The position numbers and the translations under genes were made by a program. From Gilvibacter sp. (lineage in GTDB: Bacteria; Bacteroidota; Bacteroidia; Flavobacteriales; Flavobacteriaceae), in contig OZ255720.1 of NCBI GenBank assembly GCA_965277295.1, forward strand, positions 215,376 through 279,375: 64,000 nt of DNA. The letters run 5' to 3'. Positions 32,620-42,487 of the stretch are shown here, one piece after another; positions within the stretch are counted from its first letter, which is position 1; each line of letters opens with the position of its first letter. Under the pieces are notes generated by a model. It worked only from the letters and a program-made list of their open reading frames with translations, had not been told where the DNA came from and did not search any database.

Positions 32620-33993
32620 CTATTTTGTTGTTAATGCCTTATAAATGGCCTCTGAACTGTCTTTTTGTGCTACAATAATACTAAACCAATCGCTAACCGT
32701 GGTGCCCATATTGGCCTCTAATTTAGTTAACAATTGCGGTACATCGTCCTTTGAATTCCACCATAAAACAACTTCTTTATTTGGCATACTTCTAAAGTGC
32801 TGAAAATTATAAATACTATCTACAGACCAAGGAGCCGCATTGGGCTGGTCGTAATTTATATAAATACACGGTTTGTTAAACATACCAAAATCGAAAGCCA
32901 TGGTAGAACCTACGTTTACAACCGCATCGCAATAATACGCCACGCTTACCAACAAACTAACATCCTGCTGTGTTGGATAAACCGCCGACCAAATTGCCGA
33001 ATTAAAATTCCAAAGTGGTGGCGCTTCTTTTATTAATTCAGGAAAGGTATTTATAACAGCTTGATACCTTCCCGAAACATCTACAGGACATCGTCTAAAT
33101 AAAATTTGATACTCCTGCTGTTTCCCAGCAGCAATAATTCCCTGCGCTAAATCGCGTAAATATTCAGGGTCTTTAGGCGATGTATATTCGTCGTCACCAG
33201 AAAAACAAATAATCTTTCGCTGGGGATCCAAACTATAGCTGTTGTAGAATGTCTCTTTGGAAATAATAACTTTGGGGTCAGAATAGACCTCGAACTGTGG
33301 TGTGCCAGTAATAACTACCTGCTCTGGTTTAATTTCTGGGTAAAACTCGATTAATTCGGCTTGCATATAATTAGACCAAACCAAATAATAATCGGCCTTT
33401 AAAGCCAAACGCGCCTTGGGCACATTGTCCCAAGAATAAATAACAGTATAGGTTTTAATTCCTAAATCTTTCGCGGCAGCAAAAATAATTGCCGCCTTTA
33501 ATGCTCGTTGATGCGTGCAAAATAGCACATCGATATCTAAATCTTTTAGTTGATTGGTTACTTGAGTGTAAAATGGGTTTTTTCGCAGCTGTTTATTATA
33601 GGCCTGTTCTAGTTTTTGAATTTTGCCGTAAGCACTATAAAAATTAGACATTAGGGTAATTAGCCCGTAAAAAACTTTAAGTTTTATTCCCGAACGCTTT
33701 TTATGCCACAGATATAAAATAGTGTTGTTGTTAGTTATTTTGGCATTGTGTTTTAACCTGCACAAATGAATTAACTCTCGCAGGTACTTTTCTTTTATTG
33801 GTTCTGCATACTACGGAATTTCTAAGGTTGACTCCAGATTAATTTGGGCCTCGATTGCGCCTATTGTATCGTCGTCAAAATTATGGTACAAATGTAATTT
33901 GGCCGTTCTATTTTTAAAAACTCGCGAGTACAAATAATTGCGAATCCCAACCCCGTCAGGGACAAAAAGTAAGACGTTTTTTTTATAAGCCAT
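32620..33993 (-). pseudogene. Orphan GT-B glycosyltransferase (candidate sialyltransferase) with an in-frame TAG at 33811-33813
   Basis: ORFs 33811..34002 and 32620..33765 share one frame; decoding through gives LEIP*YAEPIKEKYLRELIHLCRLK with one stop only (codon 61 from ATG 33993); HQR, SWDN, TGTPQFE, GSTM motifs. Confidence 0.8.
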
Positions 33994-35110
33994 TAAAGTC
34001 AATAAACTGTTTTTGATGATCTATTTGCCAGAGTGATTCTTCTTCTAAGCTTTTAATAAACTTCTGATTTGCATCTCCCTGACCAAACTGTGTTTGTTGA
34101 TTATCCAATTCTGGTAAGATTCCATTTAGTGCGGCAGTTATGTCTTGAGCATTGTAATCTATATTTATAATATGATCGTGTTGTGCTCTGTTGCGTTGTC
34201 TAGAACCAATATCTATAGTTGGAACCCCATAATAGGGAGCTTCTCGAATTCCAGCGCTCGAATTGCCAATAATAAAATCGGCCCGCTTTAACAGGGTTAA
34301 AAAATATTCAAAACGAATAGACGGAAACACTCTAAAATTAGGCAATTCCTTTAGCGATTCGTACTCCTTTAAAATAGCGCCACTGCCTAAATCATTATTG
34401 GGGTAGATTACAACAAAATTTCTAGAACTTGCCTTTAGACCAGCAACAAATTTGGTGGCATGAGATTGCATTTGCTTAGCCTCTGTTGTTACGGGATGAA
34501 ACAAAACAACCCCGTAATTATCAAAATCTATTTGATAATGTTCACGCACAGCCTTAATATTAGGTAAGTTTTTAGAAAACATAATATCGATGTCTGGCGA
34601 ACCAATAGTATAAATTGACTCAGAAAGCTCGCCCATTTGCTCCAAACGCTGTTTTGCTAATGCATTCGAAACATAGTGAATATGGCTCATTTTACTGGTA
34701 GAATGCCGTATTAGTTCGTCTATAGTACCAGACACTTCGCCACCTTCTATATGCGCGACCAGAATATTATTTAACGACCCTACAATAGCTCCAGCTAAGG
34801 CTTCTACTCGATCTCCATGCACAACAATCATATCTGGATTTACCGTTTTTATATATTGCGAAAAACCACTTATGGTCTTCGCCAAGGTTAAATCCATGGT
34901 AGCTTCGCTGGTGTGGTTATTAAAGGGGTGCACGTTTTTAAAATTACAGCGCTCAACCTCTATTAGCGTGTACCCATAAGTTTCTAACAAGTGCATGCCC
35001 GTCACAAACAAATGCGCATTAAAGTTAGGATGCTCCTCTAGTATTTGTATTAACGATTTAATTTTACCAAAATCGGCTCGAGTTCCAGTAAGAAATACAA
35101 TATTCTTCAT
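33983..35110 (-). CDS. neuC: UDP-GlcNAc 2-epimerase (hydrolysing)
   Basis: TGTRADFG, HGDRVE, HIEGGE.SGT.DE.IRH, FHPVTTE, GNSSAGIREA. Confidence 0.95.
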   Translation of the reverse strand: MKNIVFLTGTRADFGKIKSLIQILEEHPNFNAHLFVTGMHLLETYGYTLIEVERCNFKNVHPFNNHTSEATMDLTLAKTISGFSQYIKTVNPDMIVVHGDRVEALAGAIVGSLNNILVAHIEGGEVSGTIDELIRHSTSKMSHIHYVSNALAKQRLEQMGELSESIYTIGSPDIDIMFSKNLPNIKAVREHYQIDFDNYGVVLFHPVTTEAKQMQSHATKFVAGLKASSRNFVVIYPNNDLGSGAILKEYESLKELPNFRVFPSIRFEYFLTLLKRADFIIGNSSAGIREAPYYGVPTIDIGSRQRNRAQHDHIINIDYNAQDITAALNGILPELDNQQTQFGQGDANQKFIKSLEEESLWQIDHQKQFIDFNGL

Positions 35111-35120
35111 AGTATAGGCC

Positions 35121-36164
35121 TTATTGTTGGACATCCCCTTTTTGCAATTGTACGTCGATTGGTAAATCTTTGGTGGCTTTTTTGCCTAGTAAATCGTTGT
35201 AATGTTCGGCTAAAATGTCACCGGTACCTGGGCGTTTCACCCAAATATTTTGCTTGGTAAATGGTTGGCCTTTTTTAATGGGAGCAATGGTACATACTGT
35301 TGCAAAAGCAAAGTCAATAGTAACCTGCTCTTCTTTTGCCGGTTCTTTTGTACCTCCACGCATTTGCCAAATTTCTTTGGAATTTATTATTAATTCTGCG
35401 CAGGCCTGCTGGTCCATACTACACACAATATCTGGACCTGTTCTGCCCATATGATCTGTAAAATGTCGCTCTAAAATAGATGCTCCTAAAGCGACTGCGC
35501 CTAGACAAGCATTGTTATTTAAGGTATGATCGGATAAACCAAACACGCGATCCGGAAAGGCTTCGTGCATTTGAGTCATCGCGCCAAATCTAACCAAATG
35601 TATAGGTGTTGGATACAAATTGGTGGTATGTAAAATGGCTACGGGTATCTTATGGGCATCGAATATAGCTAAGGCCTTGGCAATACTTTGAATAGTATTC
35701 ATCCCAGTACTCATAATAATTGGTTTCCCAAACGATGCCAAGTGCTCTAAAAGCGGATAATTATTACATTCCCCAGAACCAATTTTGTACGCCGCTACAT
35801 TAAAGGAGTTTAATCGGTCGGCGGCCGCTCTAGAAAAAGGCGTAGAAATAAAGATCATTCCCTGAGCTTCTACATAATTTTTTAGCGCTAGTTCGTCTTC
35901 TCTGTTAAGCGCACAGCGTTCCATTATATGATAAATAGAAACATTGGCATTGCCAGGAATTACTTTTTTGGCAGCTCCACTCATTTCGTCTTCCACAATA
36001 TGAGTTTGGTGTTTAACCACTTCGGCTCCTGCTTGCTTTGCTGCATCTACCATTTGTTTTGCCACGGCTAACGAACCTTCGTGATTAATGCCAATTTCGG
36101 CAATAACCAGTGGCGGATAATCCGAGCCAACCATACGCCCTGCTATATTTATAGATGGATTCAT
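35121..36164 (-). CDS. neuB: N-acetylneuraminate synthase
   Basis: [36 protein letters not shown]-terminal SAF/AFP domain. Confidence 0.96.
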   Translation of the reverse strand: MNPSINIAGRMVGSDYPPLVIAEIGINHEGSLAVAKQMVDAAKQAGAEVVKHQTHIVEDEMSGAAKKVIPGNANVSIYHIMERCALNREDELALKNYVEAQGMIFISTPFSRAAADRLNSFNVAAYKIGSGECNNYPLLEHLASFGKPIIMSTGMNTIQSIAKALAIFDAHKIPVAILHTTNLYPTPIHLVRFGAMTQMHEAFPDRVFGLSDHTLNNNACLGAVALGASILERHFTDHMGRTGPDIVCSMDQQACAELIINSKEIWQMRGGTKEPAKEEQVTIDFAFATVCTIAPIKKGQPFTKQNIWVKRPGTGDILAEHYNDLLGKKATKDLPIDVQLQKGDVQQ

Positions 36165-36835
36165 AGTTTGGTAGTTTCTAAAATATATTTCGCATAATTT
36201 AAATCGTCCAGAGAATCTATATCGACTCCCGCATAAGGATGATCCACAATAAAAGGTATATTCGAATCTCCTAAAATAACCCCTTGTGCAATTAATTTGG
36301 CCTTGGTAATATAGAGCAAGCCATTTTCGCTGTACAACGGCTCCATATCTTGACTGCGTTGCCCCATACTATAATTAAAAGGGACAAAGCGATTATTTAC
36401 AATTTTACCCAGTTTGTCGGTATTTCTGGATACGGTCATTAGACTATCGGCATTGTGTTTGTTAAAAGCTGTAAGGGCATCTTGTAATAAATTTTTAGGG
36501 CGTAACGGATTTGTAGCCTGTAGTAAAATTACATTGTCAAAATTTTCTTCTAAACTACTAACAACATACTGTAAAACTGCAGCCGTCGTGGCAGTGTCTG
36601 TAGCCAGTTCAGCGGGACGCATTTGTACATGGGCTCCGGCAGCTGTAGCAATCTTAGCCAAGTCCTCGCTGTCTGTAGAAACCACTACTTTATTAATTAA
36701 CCGCGAATTACTTAAGGCGTAATCTATGCTGTGCACCACAAGAGGCTTCCCATTAAAAGCAATACCATTTTTGTTAGTTATTCGCTTGGAACCGCCTCTT
36801 ACAGGTATTATACAAATGTTATTCGTTGTGGTCAA
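36161..36835 (-). CDS. neuA: CMP-N-acetylneuraminic acid synthetase (acylneuraminate cytidylyltransferase)
   Basis: [37 protein letters not shown]. Confidence 0.93.
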   Translation of the reverse strand: MTTTNNICIIPVRGGSKRITNKNGIAFNGKPLVVHSIDYALSNSRLINKVVVSTDSEDLAKIATAAGAHVQMRPAELATDTATTAAVLQYVVSSLEENFDNVILLQATNPLRPKNLLQDALTAFNKHNADSLMTVSRNTDKLGKIVNNRFVPFNYSMGQRSQDMEPLYSENGLLYITKAKLIAQGVILGDSNIPFIVDHPYAGVDIDSLDDLNYAKYILETTKL

Positions 36836-36847
36836 AAATTATAGTTT

Positions 36848-37864
36848 TTAGTATTGTTTTGCTGCTTTAGCATCCAGACCTTTTTTTCGTAATATCCACT
36901 CCCAAATTGGACCTCGTGTTATAAGTTTAAAGATACTTTTTACCCACCAATTTTTTAGCCCGCTTACCGATTTTAATTTCTGACTAATTGGGCTATTAAA
37001 TTGCTGGCTTTCTTTTGGCTGATTTTGCAAAGTTTCTTGCATCCATGCTTCTAAAGTATTCCCCATATGATAAGCAAAACCAGTACTTGTAGCCAATCTG
37101 TATCCACCGGCATTAAAGGCGGGTTTATCTATAAACACAGTTTCGCTATCGCCTCCTAAAGCATAATTAGAGTGCTTTCCTGCGGGAGGGTCAAAAATTT
37201 CGCTTCTGTAGGTGTTTACAAAATGACCTGAACCTACACTAGCAGTACAATTGTCACTAATTAAACTTAAGGTTTTATCTAAGTGACAATCTTTATAAAA
37301 ATTAGGATTAGCAATACTTTTTTGAAAAGCGACTAAACTTTCACGGTCTAATGTTGGTGTAAACTTAAGTGCAGGCGAAAACGTATAACGCACCCATAAA
37401 TGGGCATTATAATATTTTAAAAACGTTGGAATAGGCACAGGACTAACAGCCGCAGCCTTAGGAAAAGCCTTAAAAATAGAATAAGTCGCCTCTTGCCAAC
37501 CCGACTTAAAAAGTACGTCGGCATCGGTAATGGTGACCAAATCAAAATCGTGTCCGTTTACCCCTTTTAATATGGCGTTTACTTTGCCAATATTTGGCGC
37601 GTGTATTAACTCGTGAATTTGACCATTTGCCAAAAGACTATCTAAATAACTTGTTGTCAGTGCATCGGATCCATTATTAACTATGGTAAAAAAGGTACGC
37701 TCATGACAGGTTTTTAGGAGTGAATCTACACTTAGCTTTAAAATTGCCAAGCTGTTTCTAAAGTAGTCTGTTTGATTGGGTATATAAATAGGAATTACCA
37801 CCTGATGAAAATAATCAGGGGCTAATTTTTCTTGATCCTTATTTGGGTTAAAACCACTTCTCAT
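36848..37864 (-). CDS. GT2 / GT-A glycosyltransferase
   Basis: VVIPIY, VNNGS, ITDAD DxD motif. Confidence 0.8.
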   Translation of the reverse strand: MRSGFNPNKDQEKLAPDYFHQVVIPIYIPNQTDYFRNSLAILKLSVDSLLKTCHERTFFTIVNNGSDALTTSYLDSLLANGQIHELIHAPNIGKVNAILKGVNGHDFDLVTITDADVLFKSGWQEATYSIFKAFPKAAAVSPVPIPTFLKYYNAHLWVRYTFSPALKFTPTLDRESLVAFQKSIANPNFYKDCHLDKTLSLISDNCTASVGSGHFVNTYRSEIFDPPAGKHSNYALGGDSETVFIDKPAFNAGGYRLATSTGFAYHMGNTLEAWMQETLQNQPKESQQFNSPISQKLKSVSGLKNWWVKSIFKLITRGPIWEWILRKKGLDAKAAKQY

Positions 37865-38736
37865 TCCGCTCTAAAATACGTTTTTAAACAATACTGGGGT
37901 TTTAACAACTGCTTCCATTTTGGGATAACCATTGAATGCTCTGGATAAGCTAGCCTCCAATTGGCCTGCTCCATAGCTAAAAGGCGTGATGCAATTCGGT
38001 GTAAAATCCAAGGGGCATGCACTCCCATAGCTTTAAAATTAACAATCATTTTTGCTCCAATACCTATATACTTTTTGCGCTGTAGGGACAGACGCTGATT
38101 AGCCCCATACTCTCTATAGTTGGCTAAGGGTTTATGTATATAAGCTACTTTGTATTTGTAAAAATAGCGCTGGTAAAAGTCTATATCTTCGCCAACTTTT
38201 ATATTGGTGTCAAAAACTAGGGGAGCGACCAAAGTATCTTTTTTAATTAGCGGAGTTGGCGACTTGGCTACCCATACCCCTAAGGCGTTCCAAAATACGT
38301 TGCCCGAGCGCTTATGAGCTTTTTCTGCAGAAGCGCCAATAGTTTGGCCCGTAGGTTTACCTTGTATATCTATTACTACAGCAGCACTATGAACCAAAGT
38401 AACCCCGGGCTGATTTGCAAAGACCTCTAATTGAACCTGCAACTTATCTTCGCGCCAAGAATCGTCGTCGTCTAAAATTGCGACATACTCCCCTTTCGCC
38501 AAATTAATTCCATAATTACGAGCAGAAGATAAACCGCCATTTTCTTTATAGTGATAAGTGCAATTTGTAAAATCTGCACAAATTGCCTCTGCGTAATTAA
38601 CCGACGAGCCATCGTCTATAACCAGAATTTCTAGATTGGTGTACGATTGCGCAGCTACACTAGCAATAGCCTCACGCAAGTAGGTGTCCCTATTGTAGGT
38701 AGTAATTATTACCGAAACCAATGGATTTTTTGCCAT
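37861..38736 (-). CDS. GT2 glycosyltransferase
   Basis: VSVIITTYNR, VIDDGS, N.GLSSARN.G, LDDDD, EDIDF. Confidence 0.92.
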   Translation of the reverse strand: MAKNPLVSVIITTYNRDTYLREAIASVAAQSYTNLEILVIDDGSSVNYAEAICADFTNCTYHYKENGGLSSARNYGINLAKGEYVAILDDDDSWREDKLQVQLEVFANQPGVTLVHSAAVVIDIQGKPTGQTIGASAEKAHKRSGNVFWNALGVWVAKSPTPLIKKDTLVAPLVFDTNIKVGEDIDFYQRYFYKYKVAYIHKPLANYREYGANQRLSLQRKKYIGIGAKMIVNFKAMGVHAPWILHRIASRLLAMEQANWRLAYPEHSMVIPKWKQLLKPQYCLKTYFRAE

Positions 38737-38740
38737 CACT

Positions 38741-39511
38741 TTAACGGGAGAATCTGTTTTTAATTCGTTTAATAACGCCGCCTATTGTATTGCGCTTTGC
38801 GGCAGACAAGTCTGCATTTAGTTGCATTAATTGGTTGTAATCAGGGTAATATTTGCCAAAATATTGTTTTAAAATTTGAGTGTCTTCCACTTCTTTTTTT
38901 GCCCTAAAAGCAGGGTCGTTACTAACTCCAGTCAAGTCAAAAAGCGTTAATGCTACAGGCACGTGAGAAAATTCAAACTGATCGCTAAAATAGCACTTCA
39001 TATAAAAAGCGCGATCTGCGGCAATTTGTAACGATTCATCCTGCAGACCCATGGCTTTAAAAACCGAGGTTTTAAAAAACGTACTCTGATGCGGTAAAGA
39101 CGACTTAAAAAAGAACAGCGGTGTTAACTTATCTGGATATTGTTTCCCGCCATTTGCGTAGGCATAATCTCCATAAATAATGTCCCCACTAAACTGCGGT
39201 GCGTTAATAAATTCGTGTAAAACACGATCTCCATTTAAAACATCACCACTATTTAAAAACAGTACATAATCTCCTTTAGCGGCCTGAATTCCTTTGTTTT
39301 GCGCATTAAAAATCCCGGTGTCGGGTTCGCTTACCCAATGCGAAAACAAGGTTTTATTATCTAGAATTACCGCTTTACTGCCATCGGTAGAACCCCCGTC
39401 GATAATTACAAATTCGTAGTTGGTATAACTTTGGTTTTTAACCGACTGAATAGTTTTTTCTAGCCCAAGCTTGTCATTATAATTTATTGTGATTATGGAG
39501 AGTAAGGGCAT
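38741..39511 (-). CDS. GT2 glycosyltransferase (WcaE-like)
   Basis: SIITINYN, IDGGSTDG, SEPD.GI..A.NKG, LNSGD, HQ. Confidence 0.92.
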   Translation of the reverse strand: MPLLSIITINYNDKLGLEKTIQSVKNQSYTNYEFVIIDGGSTDGSKAVILDNKTLFSHWVSEPDTGIFNAQNKGIQAAKGDYVLFLNSGDVLNGDRVLHEFINAPQFSGDIIYGDYAYANGGKQYPDKLTPLFFFKSSLPHQSTFFKTSVFKAMGLQDESLQIAADRAFYMKCYFSDQFEFSHVPVALTLFDLTGVSNDPAFRAKKEVEDTQILKQYFGKYYPDYNQLMQLNADLSAAKRNTIGGVIKRIKNRFSR

Positions 39512-39523
39512 AGACTGTGGTTA

Positions 39524-40498
39524 TTAATGATCTACCGCATTTGTCGCGACCATATGTGAAATCCATTGATAGGTTTTCTCTAAGCCCACTTGTAAAGGCT
39601 GGGTAGGCTTCCATCCCAATTTATTAAATATTAATTCGTTATCTGAATTTCTCCCGCGCACTCCTTCTGGACCTGGAATATTTGCTATGCTAATGTCTTT
39701 CCCAGACATAGAAATAATAGTTTTTGCAAAATCGTTTATGGAAATCATTTCTTCTGACCCAATATTTACTGGACCTACAAAATCGGACTCCATTAAACGC
39801 TGTACCGCTTCTAAACATTCGTCTATATATAAAAACGAACGTGTTTGTAGGCCATCGCCCCAAACTTCAATGCTTCCACCATTGGGAGTCTCTGCTACCT
39901 TTCTGCATAAGGCAGCAGGTGCTTTTTCCTTTCCGTTGTTCCAAGAACCTTGGGGTCCAAAAATGTTATGAAACCTAGCAATGCGAACATTTAAGTTGTA
40001 ATTGCGCTTAAAGGCTAAAAACATACGCTCACTAAACAACTTCTCCCAACCGTATTCGCTGTCGGGATCGGCAGGATAGGCAGAATCTTCTGCACATTTA
40101 GGATTGTTTGGATCTAGCTGATTGTACTCTGGGTACATACAAGCCGACGACGAATAGAATACCTTTTTTGCCCCTTTTTTAACTGCTTCGCTGGCAACAT
40201 TTAGATTTATTGTTGCCGAATTATGCATAACATCTGCATCGTTATCTCCAGTAAAAATATAACCAGCTCCTCCCATATCTGCAGCCAATTGGTAAATTTC
40301 GTCAACATCTTGATCGACCACTTGAGCAACAACTCGAGGGTCGCGTAAATCGCCAATAATAAAATCATCGGCAGGTAAATCTGTGTAAGCGTGCTGCACT
40401 AAGTCCACGCCTTTTACGTAGCAGCCTTGCGACTTTAAGAGTTTAACCAAGTGGCCTCCAATAAATCCTCCGGCGCCTAATACTAACGTTCTTTTCAT
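39524..40498 (-). CDS. GDP-mannose 3,5-epimerase-like extended SDR
   Basis: GAGGFIG, LAADMGG.G, SSACMYP, YGWEK, RFHNI.GP, EKAPAALCRK, GPEGVRGRNSDN match the GME family as recalled. Confidence 0.85.
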   Translation of the reverse strand: MKRTLVLGAGGFIGGHLVKLLKSQGCYVKGVDLVQHAYTDLPADDFIIGDLRDPRVVAQVVDQDVDEIYQLAADMGGAGYIFTGDNDADVMHNSATINLNVASEAVKKGAKKVFYSSSACMYPEYNQLDPNNPKCAEDSAYPADPDSEYGWEKLFSERMFLAFKRNYNLNVRIARFHNIFGPQGSWNNGKEKAPAALCRKVAETPNGGSIEVWGDGLQTRSFLYIDECLEAVQRLMESDFVGPVNIGSEEMISINDFAKTIISMSGKDISIANIPGPEGVRGRNSDNELIFNKLGWKPTQPLQVGLEKTYQWISHMVATNAVDH

Positions 40499-40508
40499 GG
40501 TTGTACTT

Positions 40509-41732
40509 TTAATTTTTGGGGTTCGTTAAATTATAAAGCTCAAGATACAGGTTTAGGTACTTTTTTGCTTGATTTTTTTCTTGAAAATGTGCTTTGGCTT
40601 GGGTTGCAATTGCAGTGGCATTAAATACTGACTTTATTTTTGCAAACCTACTAATACTGTCGTGCAAACCTTGACCCGAAATACAACTAGACAAGCATCC
40701 GTTTTCTGCTTCGACAATATATTCTTGCATTCCACCAGTTTTAAAGCTAATCACGGGGGTGCCACAACAAAGTGACTCCACCATAGTATTGGGCAGATTA
40801 TCTTCTCGGCTAGGCAACAAAAGCGCATGGGCCTTTTGGTAAATCGCTACCATATTTTTAGGGTCACTTATATAACCTAAGGGTTCAATGTTTACCAAGG
40901 GGTTGGTTATATTTAGTTCGCCCTTTCCTATGGTTAAAAGAGTTATCGGTTCTTTATAGTCATTTAGAGCGTCTACGACTAAGTCTACACCTTTTCTTGG
41001 GTTCTCTAAATTGCCCGCCGTGTATAACAGAGTAAGCGCTTCTGGATGACTTGTGCTGTTTTGCTCTGGACAGTACAAATTGGTATCTATAGTGTTGGCA
41101 ATATCTTTAAACAAGAGCGAATTATTAAAAACTTGAGAAGCTTTGGCCGCCGTTAACAACCAAGCCGATGGACTAACAACGGCGCCTAGCGTAAATGCCT
41201 TTAATGCTTGTTTTTTAATATCCCGTATTTGCTGTTCTAATGGAGCTGCCGCTTCTTTATTTATCTCGCTATCGTGCATATAATGAAACAAGCCTAGAAA
41301 AGGATTCATATCGTGCAAGGTCCAAACAATTGGCTTTTTACAATTTTTAAAAAAATTGGAATACGAAACCATATCGACAACCCAATGCAAATGAATAATA
41401 TCTGCCTCTTGTACCAATGGGTGTTCTAAAATATCTACTTGAGCAAAAGGTAAACTAGCCATTTCGCAATTCAACTTAGGCCTTAATAGACCCAATTCTT
41501 GGCTAAACTTTAATTCGTCACTCGGGTTAAATTTGTTTTTTATTTTCGCTATAAAGCTTGGTCTGTTATAACTAAAAAAGGAATCTTGAACTTGGTTATT
41601 ACCAAAATCTACGGTCAAATCTTTAGCCAAATAAGCTGCTTTGATTCCATTTTTTTGCTGCGCTTGCTGCAAGCGAAGCGCGGCAATTCCGGCACCACCA
41701 TGCTTGGAAGTATTAATATGTACAATTTTTAA
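40509..41732 (-). CDS. GT4 glycosyltransferase (WcaC-like); canonical start codon missing
   Basis: Frame reads LKIVHINTSKHGGAG from 41732; HLHW, WTLHDM, PSREDNLPNT.VES. Confidence 0.85.
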   Translation of the reverse strand, partial: LKIVHINTSKHGGAGIAALRLQQAQQKNGIKAAYLAKDLTVDFGNNQVQDSFFSYNRPSFIAKIKNKFNPSDELKFSQELGLLRPKLNCEMASLPFAQVDILEHPLVQEADIIHLHWVVDMVSYSNFFKNCKKPIVWTLHDMNPFLGLFHYMHDSEINKEAAAPLEQQIRDIKKQALKAFTLGAVVSPSAWLLTAAKASQVFNNSLLFKDIANTIDTNLYCPEQNSTSHPEALTLLYTAGNLENPRKGVDLVVDALNDYKEPITLLTIGKGELNITNPLVNIEPLGYISDPKNMVAIYQKAHALLLPSREDNLPNTMVESLCCGTPVISFKTGGMQEYIVEAENGCLSSCISGQGLHDSISRFAKIKSVFNATAIATQAKAHFQEKNQAKKYLNLYLELYNLTNPKN

Positions 41733-42487
41733 TTCGATTGCTTCGCTGTTATTTTATGATATAATTTTCTGCCAAACTCTTTTAAATATCGCTTAGCATA
41801 AACTTTTGGGTAGCCGTAGATTAAATAATCTGAACTTACTTTAAACAATTGCTTAACCAACCAAATTGGCGATTGTTTGATTGTTTTTCGCCAAGAGTGA
41901 TCCCATAAATGCACCGCTACAGTATTAGCAGTTATATAGTCGTTATAAGGCTTGTTGCTATCTTGATAAGGCAAGGGATAAAAGTACTCAGGACTAAAAA
42001 TCACTTCGTTTTCTTGTAATGCTTGAGTATTAACCAATCCCTTAAAAGTATGTGTAATTACAGGCGGGGAATACCTATTGTAACGCTCATTTTGGTAAAA
42101 TGCAGTCATGTCGTTAAAAAAACGATGTTTGGCAATTCCTCCAAAAATTGCAAAATTAGGGCGCTCAGGCACTTCGTCACCAACAAAAAAATTAAATGCT
42201 AATAGTTGGTCTAAAGGTTTTAATAATAACATATCGGTGTCTAAATAAATCCCTCCAAATTCGGCTAATACTTGAACACGAATACAATCTGCTGCAAAGG
42301 CGTATTTTTTGTTTCTAATGGCATCTTTATAAAAGCTGTTCCAATAGGGTTTGCTGTTGTGCTCGTTCCATTCTTTAAATTCATAATCGGGGCAAAACTG
42401 CTTCCAAGATGCTAGGCATTGTAAGCCAATCTCACTTTTTGAGCTTCCTCCAAACCAACAGCTGTGTATAATTTTAGGAATTGCCAT
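41729..42487 (-). CDS. GT32 (OCH1/capsule synthesis, DxD) glycosyltransferase
   Basis: IPKIIH.CWFG, YAFAAD.IR, GGIYLDTD, H.W..SW. Confidence 0.9.
   Translation of the reverse strand: MAIPKIIHSCWFGGSSKSEIGLQCLASWKQFCPDYEFKEWNEHNSKPYWNSFYKDAIRNKKYAFAADCIRVQVLAEFGGIYLDTDMLLLKPLDQLLAFNFFVGDEVPERPNFAIFGGIAKHRFFNDMTAFYQNERYNRYSPPVITHTFKGLVNTQALQENEVIFSPEYFYPLPYQDSNKPYNDYITANTVAVHLWDHSWRKTIKQSPIWLVKQLFKVSSDYLIYGYPKVYAKRYLKEFGRKLYHKITAKQSN

Noticed and set aside
33811-33813. Pyrrolysine or reassigned-TAG decoding
   Set aside because: TAG is a normal stop for other genes here (e.g. 296, 23796, 44422) and no pyl genes are present.
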